Positions 10,482-21,522 of a stretch of 64,000 bases of DNA are shown here, piece by piece. The first letter of the stretch is position 1. Each line of letters begins with the position of its first letter. The notes below the pieces were generated by a model that saw nothing but the letters and a program-made list of their open reading frames with translations, had not been told where the DNA came from and did not search any database. The translations under genes and the position numbers were made by a program. Source of the stretch: Mucilaginibacter sp. KACC 22063. Lineage in GTDB: Bacteria; Bacteroidota; Bacteroidia; Sphingobacteriales; Sphingobacteriaceae. The stretch lies in NCBI RefSeq assembly GCF_028736115.1, contig NZ_CP117877.1, positions 4,534,187 through 4,598,186 on the forward strand. The letters are read 5' to 3'.

Positions 10482-11795
10482 GTGTCAGACGACGGAAATA
10501 GTCAACCTCAAAAACCAGATTCGTTTGCAGCCCTGCGCTACAAAGACTTTCGCTCTTATATCGGTATGCGTTTCTTCTTTACGTTCGCGTACCAGATGCA
10601 AACCACCATACTTGGTTTTTACATTTACGAGCTTACGCACAGCAAAGTAGCTATTGCCTTTATCGGCCTCAGCGAAGCCATACCGGCAGTTGGTATAGCG
10701 CTTTATGGCGGCTACATTGCTGATAAGTATGAAAAGCGAAAAATGCTGCTGCTCATATTCGGCGGGGTATTTTTATCGTCGCTGGTAATGGGTACGGTTA
10801 CGCTCAATAGTATGGCCACTTATATGCACGGCTGGATACTGCCTGTTTTGTATGCCATGATATTTTGTAATGGTATTGCACGCGCCTTTTACGGGCCTGC
10901 AACTTTTACCATTTATGCACACAGTATCCCAAAAGAAATTTATCCTAATGGCAGCAGCTGGAGCAGTTCCAGCTGGCAGGTAGCCTCTATATTAGGCCCG
11001 CTTACCGGTGGTTTGCTATATGGTTATGCACATCATATCAACCCGGCACTAAGCGGTATCAGCACCACGTTTGCTGCTATCCTTATTTTCCTGTTTATAT
11101 CGCAGATCCTGGTTTACCGCCTGCGTAAATATCCGCCTGTATTTATACCAAAAGAAAGCATTTGGGTTAGCCTCAAAGAGGGGCTTAACTTTGTATTTAC
11201 TAATAAAATGATGTTCTATGCCATGAGCCTCGACCTGTTTTCAGTATTCTTTGGCGGCGTAGTAGCATTGTTGCCCGTTTATGCACTGGACATTTTAAAA
11301 GTAGGGTCAGAAGGATTAGGCCTTATGCGTATGGCTTCCTCATTAGGGGCAGCGCTGACCATGATCGCTATGGTGCGATTCTCACCTATGAACCGCCCAT
11401 GGCGTAACCTGCTGATCGCCGTTGCCGGGTTTGGCGCAGCCATTATTGGATTTGGCTTATCGCGCACGTTTTATTTGTCGCTGGTATTCCTGTTTCTGCA
11501 AGGCGCTTTTGATAGTGTCAGTGTTATTATCCGCGGTACCGTTATGCAGTTACTCACGCCCGACCGTATGCGCGGCAGGGTATCAGCCGTAAACTCTATG
11601 TTCATCGGTTCATCAAATGAGATCGGCGACTTTGAGTCGGGCATAGCGGCAAAAATATTAGGCACCGTGCCCGCCGTTCTTTTCGGCGGTTGCATGACCA
11701 TGTTCATCGTAACTTTTACCTTCTTTAAAACACGGAGCCTTTTACCAAGCAAATTAAGCGATATCCACGCGGCTGGTATTAAAGAGAATGAGTAA
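10482..11795 (+). CDS. MFS transporter
   Basis: 12-TM topology and MFS-like loop motifs. 437 aa. Confidence 0.8.
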   Translation: MSDDGNSQPQKPDSFAALRYKDFRSYIGMRFFFTFAYQMQTTILGFYIYELTHSKVAIAFIGLSEAIPAVGIALYGGYIADKYEKRKMLLLIFGGVFLSSLVMGTVTLNSMATYMHGWILPVLYAMIFCNGIARAFYGPATFTIYAHSIPKEIYPNGSSWSSSSWQVASILGPLTGGLLYGYAHHINPALSGISTTFAAILIFLFISQILVYRLRKYPPVFIPKESIWVSLKEGLNFVFTNKMMFYAMSLDLFSVFFGGVVALLPVYALDILKVGSEGLGLMRMASSLGAALTMIAMVRFSPMNRPWRNLLIAVAGFGAAIIGFGLSRTFYLSLVFLFLQGAFDSVSVIIRGTVMQLLTPDRMRGRVSAVNSMFIGSSNEIGDFESGIAAKILGTVPAVLFGGCMTMFIVTFTFFKTRSLLPSKLSDIHAAGIKENE

Positions 11796-11895
11796 TAGTA
11801 ATACAATCTTCATCTAACTTATCCAAGGGCATCCTTAACATAATATAGTAAAGTGGCTTAAATGTGCATGCAAATGTGGTTTATTGATTGATAGG

Positions 11896-12420
11896 CTATT
11901 TGTTTCCTAACTTTTCTACTAAATAGTCCGCTACATTTTTAATTGTAAACATTAGTTCTCTAAACGCTTTTTCGTTATAGGAATATCGTTCTGTTGCGTT
12001 TTTATATCTAAGAAAACCTATTTCACCTTCGAACTTAATACCCAAATCTGTGGTGTCTAAAACTAAATGTGCAAATTTGTTCCTCTCCTCAATTATCCAA
12101 ATAATATCATTATTCATAGGTACCGATTTCTTATAATCCTTAATTCTTATAGGAGCATAAGAGTTATACCAATCTGCATGGTGCTTAATAGCAATATAGT
12201 CGAATATCTGCCTTTTATTTTCAAGGTTAAGCCTGTTATCGCCGAACAATAATAGTTGCATTTCAATAATTTTCAACTCGTCAGTCGTAAAATGATATAT
12301 AATGAAGTTGTCAATAAGTTTTTCGAGCCATGCTACATCATGCAATACTGAGCCGCGATACCTGATAGAAGTTTCTATCATTTGTTCTGGTGTCATAATT
12401 ATTAGATTTAAGTTTCTCAA
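11896..12420 (-). CDS. hypothetical protein
   Basis: 174-aa ORF in a local AT-rich patch, same strand and adjacent to the DUF4407 gene. No recognisable motif. Confidence 0.5.
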   Translation of the reverse strand: MRNLNLIIMTPEQMIETSIRYRGSVLHDVAWLEKLIDNFIIYHFTTDELKIIEMQLLLFGDNRLNLENKRQIFDYIAIKHHADWYNSYAPIRIKDYKKSVPMNNDIIWIIEERNKFAHLVLDTTDLGIKFEGEIGFLRYKNATERYSYNEKAFRELMFTIKNVADYLVEKLGNK

Positions 12421-12523
12421 ACCTAATGAAAAAATTTCCTGCGAAAATTTATAATTGTTATCACAGAAAGATATAATTGGGTTTTTAATAGAGGCCGATC
12501 ATTTATGCCTTGACATGAATTAC

Positions 12524-13642
12524 TTACTCATATCTGTACCGGCCCATATCATACTCCGACTGCCCGGTAATAATCTTCTTTCGCTGCTGTACATCGTTAT
12601 CAACCTGGTAATCGTACACCTGGTCTGTAACGGCTATATCGCGGTCTTTATCCTTCTCGGCAAAGTGCATATTTGCTTCTGCTGTTTTGGCAAGTGCCAC
12701 ATCATAAGGCCCACGCGGCGACATCAGCTTTACAAATACCGGCAAGCATTCAAACAAAATGAACAAATAACCGATAAACGATTGCGCCAGATAAGTATCT
12801 AGGTCGCGGGTGCCATTGGTATTGTATGAGATCTGGCCAAGCGCCCAATTGCGGTCGGCAAACCCGGCTACGTTGGCAAGGCTGTCTAATTGCTGGTCGG
12901 TAAATAGTCGCAGGTTATTTAAGCCTTCGTAATTTTTACGCTGCCCCAGGTAGTTGTCCATCTTACCCAGGTCGTCAGTCACCGTTTTCAGCCGGGCTTC
13001 CTTTTCTTCTAATACAGCTGCCTTTTGCTTGGCATAAGTACCATAGCCTGATATGCCCGATGTCTGGTTGGTTTTATCGCCAAAAACCTCCTGATTAAGC
13101 TGGTAACGCGAACGGTTAATATCCCGTTCCAACGAATCTTTTTCCTTTTTCAGATCGTTATTTTTACCGAGCTCCATTGCATACTTCTGGTTATACGTTT
13201 TCTGCAAGGTATCTATCTTACTGTGCTGGCCTTTAAGGTAAGCGGTTTTCAGTTTCTGGCGAATCTCTTTGTCAAAGATCTTTAACTCCAGCGGTCGCGA
13301 GATAACAATACCGATCATGATAGCAAGCAAAATACGCGGCGAAGCCTGCAAGATCTGCTGGTTGGTACTCCCCTGCTTATTAATACTTGACACGATGTAA
13401 CGGTCCATATTAAAAATAGCTGTGCCCCACAAAAGGCCGAATAAAATGGCAAACACAACTGCCAGCGGGCTGCCCGAAAATACAAAGTACATGGCATAGC
13501 CGCCCGATAACGAGGCAAACAACGCCGTGAAAAATATAGTGGCCCCTATGCCCACATACTTGTTGTGTTCAATAGGGTATTTTTTTAAAGTACCTATATG
13601 TGCGCCCGAACAAAACCAAAAGAAACGGGTAACTTTTTCCAT
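12524..13642 (-). CDS. DUF4407 domain-containing membrane protein
   Basis: N-terminus MEKVTRFFWFCSGAHIGTLKKYP plus TM helices, then a long coiled-coil region. Matches my recollection of the DUF4407 family. Confidence 0.65.
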   Translation of the reverse strand: MEKVTRFFWFCSGAHIGTLKKYPIEHNKYVGIGATIFFTALFASLSGGYAMYFVFSGSPLAVVFAILFGLLWGTAIFNMDRYIVSSINKQGSTNQQILQASPRILLAIMIGIVISRPLELKIFDKEIRQKLKTAYLKGQHSKIDTLQKTYNQKYAMELGKNNDLKKEKDSLERDINRSRYQLNQEVFGDKTNQTSGISGYGTYAKQKAAVLEEKEARLKTVTDDLGKMDNYLGQRKNYEGLNNLRLFTDQQLDSLANVAGFADRNWALGQISYNTNGTRDLDTYLAQSFIGYLFILFECLPVFVKLMSPRGPYDVALAKTAEANMHFAEKDKDRDIAVTDQVYDYQVDNDVQQRKKIITGQSEYDMGRYRYE

Positions 13643-13753
13643 TTAAATGTATTGTTTTACACTTTGTTATACATATAAAACGCCTGAACCCTATGTTTGT
13701 TACAAACTTTTGTATAACATAAAAAGCTTACCTTTGAATTATAATTTACGGAT

Positions 13754-14068
13754 ATGAAAGAAATCACTGTAGAAGAACTAAAAAACATGAAAGATAACGG
13801 CGAAGATTTTCAACTGATCGACGTGCGTGAAGATTTCGAATACCAGATGTCGAACCTTGACGGTGAAAACATTCCGTTAGGCGGCATTTTAATTGAAACT
13901 GATAAAATAAGCAAAGATAAACCAGTGGTTATTATGTGCCGCAGCGGCAAACGCAGTGCGGTTGCCCTTCACCAGTTAGAGGCACAAGGTTACACCAACC
14001 TGGCTAACCTGCAAGGTGGTATACTGGCCTGGCAACAGCAAATTGACCCAACCATTAGCGTGTACTAA
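13754..14068 (+). CDS. rhodanese-like domain protein
   Basis: 104 aa. Active-site loop CRSGKRS (CX5R-type Cys loop). Confidence 0.8.
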   Translation: MKEITVEELKNMKDNGEDFQLIDVREDFEYQMSNLDGENIPLGGILIETDKISKDKPVVIMCRSGKRSAVALHQLEAQGYTNLANLQGGILAWQQQIDPTISVY

Positions 14069-14070
14069 TT

Positions 14071-14271
14071 ATGAAGGGTAAAATTGCACTAAATACCCTT
14101 TACACGCTTGGCATTTTTTTATGTGGCATAACTGTTATCTGGGGAATTCAGCATAGCAGGTACGAGTTTGTGGTGGGTGCTGTACTGGTAGGCGCTATGT
14201 TTGTATGGCTAAAAATCAGCATCATTAAAGAGGTAAAAACCATTATCAACAACAGCAATAAAAAGAAATAA
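14071..14271 (+). CDS. small membrane protein (hypothetical)
   Basis: 66-aa ORF with two predicted TM helices. ATG overlaps the rhodanese stop (TAATTATG), and a terminator hairpin follows. Confidence 0.4.
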   Translation: MKGKIALNTLYTLGIFLCGITVIWGIQHSRYEFVVGAVLVGAMFVWLKISIIKEVKTIINNSNKKK

Positions 14272-14330
14272 TCTTTTCATTTAAAAGATTGCCCTACCGT
14301 CAACCTTTTTCAGGACATGACAAACAAAAT

Positions 14331-14366
14331 AAAAGCCCCGAAGCAGATGGGGCTTTTATTTTTTAC
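14331..14366 (+). terminator. rho-independent terminator hairpin
   Basis: aaaagccccg-aagcagat-ggggctttt followed by a T-run (tatttttt). Confidence 0.6.
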
Positions 14367-14825
14367 TTAATTAAACAAGCTAATAAAGAACGCATGTCTG
14401 GAATATCTGCTTCGCTGTATTCCAGGGGTTATCTTTGATCATTGCAGCTACCTGCTAATGATGATCTTAAATTTTATGCAACAAGGTTTAAGAGACGCAT
14501 TTTAACTACCATATCATCAACGGCAATAGCGGCGTTTTCTTGCCATTAAGTGCTGTTAATAATCAAACTTCAGGGGGCGCAATTATACGGACAATCGTAA
14601 ATTGTTGTTATACTGATATTCGTAAAATCTCTGATACATTTTGCTTTAAGCAACGGTAGTTACATCTAAAAATTTTCATTTTTTAACACTGAATTTCAGT
14701 TATTTAACTATTGAGCAAAGGTAAAGCAGGCAACATTTTGGCTCATTTTCAGTTTTTTAAATACAAACAGGCTGCAATAGCCTTACATCTACATTAAATT
14801 TTAAAACTTTAAATAGGAGTAATTT

Positions 14826-15410
14826 ATGAGAAAGCCTCTTTTAATAGCCGTAGCTTCAGTATTCATTTTCGCGGCGGGTAAGGTGTCGGCTCAAACACAA
14901 GACACCACCAAAAAATCGACCACTACAACTACAACCACCAGTACAACTACAGCTCCGGCAGCTACACTTGATGTGGCATCATTGCTGGCAGCAAGTTCAG
15001 ATTATTCAACAGCCGCTACTGCTGTAAAAGCTGCCGGGTTGGACGCTGCCTTAAAAACTGGTGGCCCGTATACCATATTTGCACCTAATAATGCTGCTTT
15101 CAGCAAGCTGCCTCAAGGCAAACTGGACAGCTTAACTAAAGACCCTGCTAAACTGGCCACATTCTTAAAAGGCCATGTAGTTACAGGTTCATACACAAAA
15201 GCAGATATCATTAAAGCTTTAACAGCAGGAAAAGGTAAAGCAACGTTGAATACCTTAGACGGGCAAACCCTTACTTTATCAGTTAGCCCTACTAAAACTT
15301 TGTTGCTTACCAATTCGGCAGGTAGCTCAGCAGAAGTTACCCTGTATGACCTGATGGCTACCAATGGTGTAATTAATGGTATTAACGGTGTGTTGGCACC
15401 CAAACAATAA
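14826..15410 (+). CDS. fasciclin (FAS1) domain protein, secreted
   Basis: Signal peptide plus Thr-rich linker. FAS1 motifs TIFAPNNAAFSKLP and ATNGVINGINGVL. Confidence 0.8.
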   Translation: MRKPLLIAVASVFIFAAGKVSAQTQDTTKKSTTTTTTTSTTTAPAATLDVASLLAASSDYSTAATAVKAAGLDAALKTGGPYTIFAPNNAAFSKLPQGKLDSLTKDPAKLATFLKGHVVTGSYTKADIIKALTAGKGKATLNTLDGQTLTLSVSPTKTLLLTNSAGSSAEVTLYDLMATNGVINGINGVLAPKQ

Positions 15411-15427
15411 TTGATATTTCCTTTCAA

Positions 15428-15465
15428 AACAAACAAGCCCCGCAATTGCGGGGCTTGTTTGTTTA
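15428..15465. terminator. bidirectional terminator hairpin between convergent genes
   Basis: caaacaagccccgc-aatt-gcggggcttgtttg. Perfect ~14-bp stem flanked by A/T runs. Confidence 0.6.
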
Positions 15466-16170
15466 TACGGTTTGCGTACCGACGGCAAAATAATTTTCCA
15501 AGTCAGTAAGCGTAGATGAGTCTGTGGCGATATCTTTTATAATCCTGCCCTTCTCCATCAGCAAGATACGGCTGCTTACATCTGTAACGTGGTTTAAATC
15601 GTGGCTGGATACAATAGTTGTTACACCTTTTGCACTCAGTTCTTTCAGTAAGTTCTTTAACCTGATCTGGGTACTCGGGTCAATATTGGCAAATGGCTCG
15701 TCCAGCATTAACAGATCGGGGCTTTGCATCAGGCAGGCTGCAACGCCAACCTTACACTGGTTACCTTTTGACAGGTCGCGGATGTATTTACCCTTTTTCA
15801 GGATCTCGCCGTTGAAAAACTCAGACAAGCCTGCAAGATGTTCGTCAACCTGGGCACGGCTCAGCTTATGTAAACCGCCTATGAAATAAAAATACTCTTC
15901 GGGTGTAAGATAATCGATCAGGAACCCCTCATCCAGATATGCGGCGGTATAGCTTTTCCATTTCTCTTTTCCGGCAACAGGTTCGCCTTGCGACAGTACC
16001 TCTCCCTCGTCAGGGCGGATAAGGTCTAACACCATACGAAACAGGGTAGTTTTACCTGCACCATTATTACCAACAAGGCCAATGCTTTCGCCTTTATTAA
16101 TCAGCAACGAGTCGATGTTAACGACGGTAACACCGGCATATATTTTTTTTAAGTCTTTTACTTCAATCAT
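15463..16170 (-). CDS. ABC transporter ATP-binding protein
   Basis: Walker A GNNGAGKTT, signature LSKGNQCKVGVA, Walker B LLMLDEP, H-loop. Confidence 0.85.
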   Translation of the reverse strand: MIEVKDLKKIYAGVTVVNIDSLLINKGESIGLVGNNGAGKTTLFRMVLDLIRPDEGEVLSQGEPVAGKEKWKSYTAAYLDEGFLIDYLTPEEYFYFIGGLHKLSRAQVDEHLAGLSEFFNGEILKKGKYIRDLSKGNQCKVGVAACLMQSPDLLMLDEPFANIDPSTQIRLKNLLKELSAKGVTTIVSSHDLNHVTDVSSRILLMEKGRIIKDIATDSSTLTDLENYFAVGTQTV

Positions 16171-16171
16171 T

Positions 16172-17659
16172 TTATTTTGCTCTGAAGCCTTCGGCTATGG
16201 TATATCTTCTTTCGTAAAAATCCTTCTCTAACTGTTTGATCCAGAAACTGCGGCTTAACACAAACACTAATCCTATAATGCCAAGTGCAATCAATCCAGC
16301 ATATTTATGTCCTAATGCAGAAAACGGCAGATAGATGACATAAGGGCCAAGCAGCAGCGGCAATGACAACAGCCACTGCGTACCGCCGACGCCTTCCCAG
16401 TTAAATGAGGCACCTTTTGACAGATCAATGCGCCTGTAATTCCGGTTGGCAAAAAACAGCACAATAGTTGTGCTTACACCAATATTCCACAGATACATCA
16501 CAAAATGGTTGAGCAATATATCCCAGCCGTAATAGACGTAAGGTATGGTGAGAATAAACAATACGGTTGATATGGTAGTAAACATCAGGAACTTCGCTTT
16601 AATAAAGTCCTCATATTTTACGTGACTTACCAAGATACCATCAAAGTGGCTGCCCTGCCAGGCAAACATAAACTGGCCATAGTTAATGATGAAAATACCG
16701 GTCATTAATAACGCCGGAATAAGCTGTATACCCGAGTTGTGTTTCAATTGGGGATTGTTGTAAAATATCAAACCATATCCCACAAAAAACAAAGACATCA
16801 CAATGCTGGAACGGGGCCGCTTGTTACGTAAGATCAGCTTTACTTCATTAGCTACCAGGTCGCCCACGCTTCCAAAGTATCCGAGGAACGGAATTTCGGT
16901 ACTGCTTTTATAGGCTGAAGCTTTTTTAGAACCCAGCTCTTCGAGGTAAAGGTTTGATTTCAGATAACTGAACGTAACTATAAACATCACCCCGGCTAAC
17001 AGAACAGGCAGTATGGCCCACACCGGCTGACTGATGACATGACCAAAGAAATAGCCTGACCATGTACGGATAGAAAACAGGTGCCATGAGAAATCGGCAA
17101 GGCCAATTAAGATGAGCACTGCCGCTGCTACCAGGAAAATCCAGCCGTTAAGATTGGATTTACGCTTAATGTAAAGGGCCAGGTAATTATTGAATATGGT
17201 TAACCCGATGATGGCTACTATTACTGCCATTGCAGCGCCCGGGCCATTCTCATGTGCAATAATTTTACAGGTAAAAGGCACAAACAGGATAAGCGGCCAC
17301 AGATTAAATACCGTAAATAAACCCGTTGTAGTTAAGTAACCCACTACCGTATTGCGCTTTACAGGCAGCAACAGATAAGGCTGTACGCGTAAGGTAGGCA
17401 ATTCTTGCAATTGCAAACGTGTCAGCAAATCAAACAAATAGTAGTAAAGAATGATACCGCTGAAAGCCGGAATCATGTCCTGCTCGGGGAAAACCTCACT
17501 AAGTATCTTATCGAGAAAAAAGCCTACCACAAGCACATTGGCCAGAAGATATAAAATAAGCACGGCCATTACCACACGTACGGCAATGCTTTTGCCTGTG
17601 TTTTTCGACCGCCAGAAGGCTTTTAGCTCATGCTGTAAAAAAGTAGAGATCATATTCAA
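16172..17659 (-). CDS. polytopic membrane protein, putative permease partner of the ABC ATPase
   Basis: 495 aa, about 10-12 TM segments. Immediately upstream of and translationally abutting the ABC ATPase. Confidence 0.6.
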   Translation of the reverse strand: MNMISTFLQHELKAFWRSKNTGKSIAVRVVMAVLILYLLANVLVVGFFLDKILSEVFPEQDMIPAFSGIILYYYLFDLLTRLQLQELPTLRVQPYLLLPVKRNTVVGYLTTTGLFTVFNLWPLILFVPFTCKIIAHENGPGAAMAVIVAIIGLTIFNNYLALYIKRKSNLNGWIFLVAAAVLILIGLADFSWHLFSIRTWSGYFFGHVISQPVWAILPVLLAGVMFIVTFSYLKSNLYLEELGSKKASAYKSSTEIPFLGYFGSVGDLVANEVKLILRNKRPRSSIVMSLFFVGYGLIFYNNPQLKHNSGIQLIPALLMTGIFIINYGQFMFAWQGSHFDGILVSHVKYEDFIKAKFLMFTTISTVLFILTIPYVYYGWDILLNHFVMYLWNIGVSTTIVLFFANRNYRRIDLSKGASFNWEGVGGTQWLLSLPLLLGPYVIYLPFSALGHKYAGLIALGIIGLVFVLSRSFWIKQLEKDFYERRYTIAEGFRAK

Positions 17660-17868
17660 TAAGGCTGGTTTAACCTGGTTAAGTTTAAATTAAATACAGG
17701 TCAAGATAAATATAAAATTGCCTTTTTGCCAATTTTCACTGCTTTTTGGTAATTATTAGTTAAACAAGGGCTTCGGATATAAACCCATTATCAAAAAGTA
17801 AATATCCACAACAAACTAATTCCGAGTTGAAACTATTTATATTAGAATACGTTAACCATCACTCGCTA

Positions 17869-19599
17869 ATGTCCAGGAATTTAAAGTTATATTTTTCCGT
17901 TTTCATAAGCTTTTCGGCCTGGATGTTTTCTGCATGCCATAAGGCTGTTGAAGTTGACCCGGTTAACATCACCCATACGGATTCGCTTATCGTACGCGGT
18001 ACAGACCCTGACCCGGCAACCGCACAGGGATTTTTTCTTGATAGCTGGAAACCTAAGAAACTGATCGTACCTGCATTTACAGATGTACCTAAGCTGCCGG
18101 AAGAAGATGCTGATGTTACTGTAAGTATCGACCCAACCGCTATTATTACTAAGGTATCACCGTATATGTATGGCAATAACATCAATACGTATATGACACA
18201 GGTGGTTACCGAGCCTGTTCTCTTGAAACACATTGTTAACCTTTCCCCAGGCATACTACGTGCACCGGGTGGCAGCTTATCTGACCAGTTTTTCTGGAAT
18301 GCACTGAAAGACAAGCTTCCTGCTGATATTCCGGATAAGATCATTGATGCTACAGGTGCCATAGTTGACACCACCCGCTATTGGGTAGGTATGAACAATG
18401 AAAGCTGGACCTTAAGTATTGATAATTACTACAAGGTTTTACAAAGTACAGGCAGTGCAGGTATAGCTGTGATCAATTATGGTTACGCGCGCTATGGCAC
18501 AGGCAAAAACCCGGTGCAAACGGCGGCGCATTTAGCAGCAGATTGGGTACGATATGATAAAGGGCATATCAAGTACTGGGAAATAGGCAATGAGAATTAT
18601 GGAATATGGGAGCCGGGTTACCGCATTGATAAAACTAAGAATAAAGACGGACAGCCGGAGTTTTTAAACGGTACTTTATACGGAAAGCATTTTAAAATAT
18701 TTGCCGACTCGATGCGCAAGGCCGCAGCCGAAGTGCACACTACCATTAAAATAGGCGCGGTGATGACACCGAACGCTAACCTTGATGGCGTAATTATTCC
18801 CAACTGGAACGCCGACGTAATTGCGGCACTTGATGGGGCCGCCGATTTTTATGCATTGCACAGCTACTATACCAGATACAACGAAGATTCGGATATAAAA
18901 ACCATTATGGCCACGGCAGATCATGTTACAAACGATATGATGAGCTACATCGGCCGGTCCATGGCCCAGGCTCCGCGGCCAGTTGCACTTACCGAATGGA
19001 ATATACAGGCTACGGGCAGCAAGCAACAGGTATCAAACATTGCGGGCCTGCATGCCGCCATGACGCTTGGCGAATTGATACAGGCAAAATTTGGCCAGGC
19101 CATACGCTGGGATTTGGCCAATAGCTGGCAAAAAGGCGATGATATGGGTATGTTTAATGTTGGCGACGAACCGGATGGCGCTGTCAAATGGCAGCCACGA
19201 CCGGCATTTTACTACATGTATTACTTTCAAAAACTCTTCGGCGATCGCATGGTATCGTCAAAAGTTACAGGCAGTAACGATATTGTAAGCTATGCTTCAA
19301 CGTTTAGTAATGGCCCGGCAGGTACAGCATTAATTAACCGCAGTGCAAACAGCCACACAGTAACTATAAACATCAGCAACTTTAAATATGGTGTCCGCTA
19401 TTACTATTATACCATAACAGGCGGCACTGATGCTACTTTCTCAAGAAAGTGCTTTGTAAATGGCATCGGCCCTACGGGGGTTTCGGGCGGACCATCAAAT
19501 TATTCAACTATATTCCCCTATTCTGCCAATCCGGCAAAAGGCATTAAGCTTACCATACCGGCTTACAGTGCTGTTTATCTTACCGTTGAAGGAAAGTAG
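17869..19599 (+). CDS. glycoside hydrolase, clan GH-A (TIM-barrel) lipoprotein
   Basis: Lipoprotein signal ending ..WMFSAC (an alternative ATG lies at 17827). YWEIGNENYG (acid/base NEx motif) and ALTEWN (nucleophile Glu) are typical clan GH-A (GH5/30/39-like). Family not resolved. Confidence 0.65.
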   Translation: MSRNLKLYFSVFISFSAWMFSACHKAVEVDPVNITHTDSLIVRGTDPDPATAQGFFLDSWKPKKLIVPAFTDVPKLPEEDADVTVSIDPTAIITKVSPYMYGNNINTYMTQVVTEPVLLKHIVNLSPGILRAPGGSLSDQFFWNALKDKLPADIPDKIIDATGAIVDTTRYWVGMNNESWTLSIDNYYKVLQSTGSAGIAVINYGYARYGTGKNPVQTAAHLAADWVRYDKGHIKYWEIGNENYGIWEPGYRIDKTKNKDGQPEFLNGTLYGKHFKIFADSMRKAAAEVHTTIKIGAVMTPNANLDGVIIPNWNADVIAALDGAADFYALHSYYTRYNEDSDIKTIMATADHVTNDMMSYIGRSMAQAPRPVALTEWNIQATGSKQQVSNIAGLHAAMTLGELIQAKFGQAIRWDLANSWQKGDDMGMFNVGDEPDGAVKWQPRPAFYYMYYFQKLFGDRMVSSKVTGSNDIVSYASTFSNGPAGTALINRSANSHTVTINISNFKYGVRYYYYTITGGTDATFSRKCFVNGIGPTGVSGGPSNYSTIFPYSANPAKGIKLTIPAYSAVYLTVEGK

Positions 19600-19658
19600 G
19601 CCGCTTAATTTTTATTTCGCAGGATAAGCTTTAATTTAGGCTCATTACTTATCGTAGA

Positions 19659-21521
19659 ATGAAAAAACTTTTACTTGCATTTAGTGCATTGGGCTTATGC
19701 TTTGCAGCTGAGGCGCAAAACGCTGTTAATTATACATTTACTTTCCCGAACCTGGTGCACCATGAGGCCGAGGTAAGCATGGTGATACCACAGCTACCCG
19801 CAGGGCCGGTTAAGGTCCGCATGAGCCGTTCGTCGCCGGGGCGTTATGCCACGCACGAGTTTGGCAAAAACGTTTACAACGTTAAAGCCTTTGATGCCAA
19901 AGGAAAGCCGCTTGCTATTAACCAACTGGCCGGCGATGTTTACGAGATACCGCAGCATGGCAGCGAAATAAAGATTACCTATACCTTATTCGGTAACTGG
20001 ACTGATGGCACTTATGTAAGTATTGATGAAAGCCATGCCCACCTGAATATGCCGGGCAGCCTGATGTGGACCATAGGCATGGACAACCGCCCTATCCGTA
20101 TCTCGTTTCCGGACGTTAAAAAACATGGCTGGCGGGTGGCTACCCAATTAAAATCAGAAGGCAACAACACTTATTTTGGCCCGGGCCTGCAATATGTAAT
20201 GGACAGCCCGACAGAATTATCTGATTACAAGGAAACCAGCTGGGAAGTAACTAATACAGACGGCAAAAAGGAGCCTATCCATTTAACAATCCATTCTGAC
20301 GATAGCCAGGAAGTGATTGATAATTTCGGCAAAATGGTGCAGCGACTTGTGCTGGAAGAGAAAGCCGTATATGGAGAACTGCCTACTTATGATTATGGCA
20401 GTTATACTTTTCTTGACGATGTATATCCTACCAATAGCGGCGACGGTATGGAGCACCGCAACTCCACCTGCATTGTACAAACCACACCACGTGTAGCCGG
20501 GTATGAGAAACGCCTGCTGGGCACTTTTTCGCATGAGTATTTTCATAGCTGGAATGTAGAGCGCATTCGCCCCAAAACATTGGAGCCGTTTAATTTTGAG
20601 CATGCCAACATGAGTAACGAGCTTTGGTTTGCTGAAGGCTTTACTCAATACTATGGCGATCTGCTGCTGACCCGTGCTGGTTTTAACACAGATGAAGATT
20701 TTTATGACGATGCAGCGGGATTAATCAATTCTGTTTTAAACACGCCCGGCGCACGCGATTTTTCTGCCGTACAGGCCAGCCGTTATGCCGTATATGCCGA
20801 CGCAGGCGTAGCCATTGATGCGACCAACAAAGCCAATATTTTCAACAGCTACTACGTATATGGCGGTGCAATTGCCCTGGCGCTCGACCTGCACCTGCGT
20901 ACCGAGTTTAAGCTAACGCTCGATGATTATATGCGTGCAGTTTGGCTGGCACATGGCAAGGTTGAAAAAGCATATACCATTCCTGATCTGCAAAACATAT
21001 TGGCTAAACTTACAGGCAACCCGTCCTTTGCAGCCAACTTTTACAAAAAATATGTTTACGGATTGGATAAAAACGATTATGCGGCATTACTTGATAAAGC
21101 AGGTTTAGTATTGCGCCGCTGGCACCCGGGCAAGGCATGGGTCGGCCGCATAGGTGCGCAGGCTTTCCGCGGAAGCGAGGGTGCGGCACGTGGCAATAAT
21201 GCCGAGGGCGTGCTCATTGCATCTGCCATTGCTAAATATACCCCGGCTTATAAAGCCGGGCTTGATGCTGGCGATATTATCACCGCTGCAGACGGCAACA
21301 CCGTAAAAGATTATGCTGCGCTAACCGAGCTTATTAACAGCAAAAAGCCTGACGACAAACTTAAAATAGCTTATAAAAACCGCACAGGTGAGCACGAAAC
21401 AACACTGACCCTTGAAGAAGACCCGGCCTATGAAGTAGTCACCTACGAAAAGGCAGGCAAAACAGCTTCTGATGCACAACTGGCCATCCGTAAAGCATGG
21501 CTATCAACCAAAGTAAAATAA
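19659..21521 (+). CDS. M61-family glycyl aminopeptidase with C-terminal PDZ domain
   Basis: Signal peptide. FSHEYFHSWNVERIRP (M61 HExxH plus downstream E). C-terminal region GLDAGDIITAADGNTV is PDZ-like. Confidence 0.8.
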   Translation: MKKLLLAFSALGLCFAAEAQNAVNYTFTFPNLVHHEAEVSMVIPQLPAGPVKVRMSRSSPGRYATHEFGKNVYNVKAFDAKGKPLAINQLAGDVYEIPQHGSEIKITYTLFGNWTDGTYVSIDESHAHLNMPGSLMWTIGMDNRPIRISFPDVKKHGWRVATQLKSEGNNTYFGPGLQYVMDSPTELSDYKETSWEVTNTDGKKEPIHLTIHSDDSQEVIDNFGKMVQRLVLEEKAVYGELPTYDYGSYTFLDDVYPTNSGDGMEHRNSTCIVQTTPRVAGYEKRLLGTFSHEYFHSWNVERIRPKTLEPFNFEHANMSNELWFAEGFTQYYGDLLLTRAGFNTDEDFYDDAAGLINSVLNTPGARDFSAVQASRYAVYADAGVAIDATNKANIFNSYYVYGGAIALALDLHLRTEFKLTLDDYMRAVWLAHGKVEKAYTIPDLQNILAKLTGNPSFAANFYKKYVYGLDKNDYAALLDKAGLVLRRWHPGKAWVGRIGAQAFRGSEGAARGNNAEGVLIASAIAKYTPAYKAGLDAGDIITAADGNTVKDYAALTELINSKKPDDKLKIAYKNRTGEHETTLTLEEDPAYEVVTYEKAGKTASDAQLAIRKAWLSTKVK

Positions 21522-21522
21522 A

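Noticed and set aside
18618-19288. Cluster of small antisense ORFs inside the GH-A glycosidase gene
   Set aside because: Embedded in a confident CDS. No motifs.
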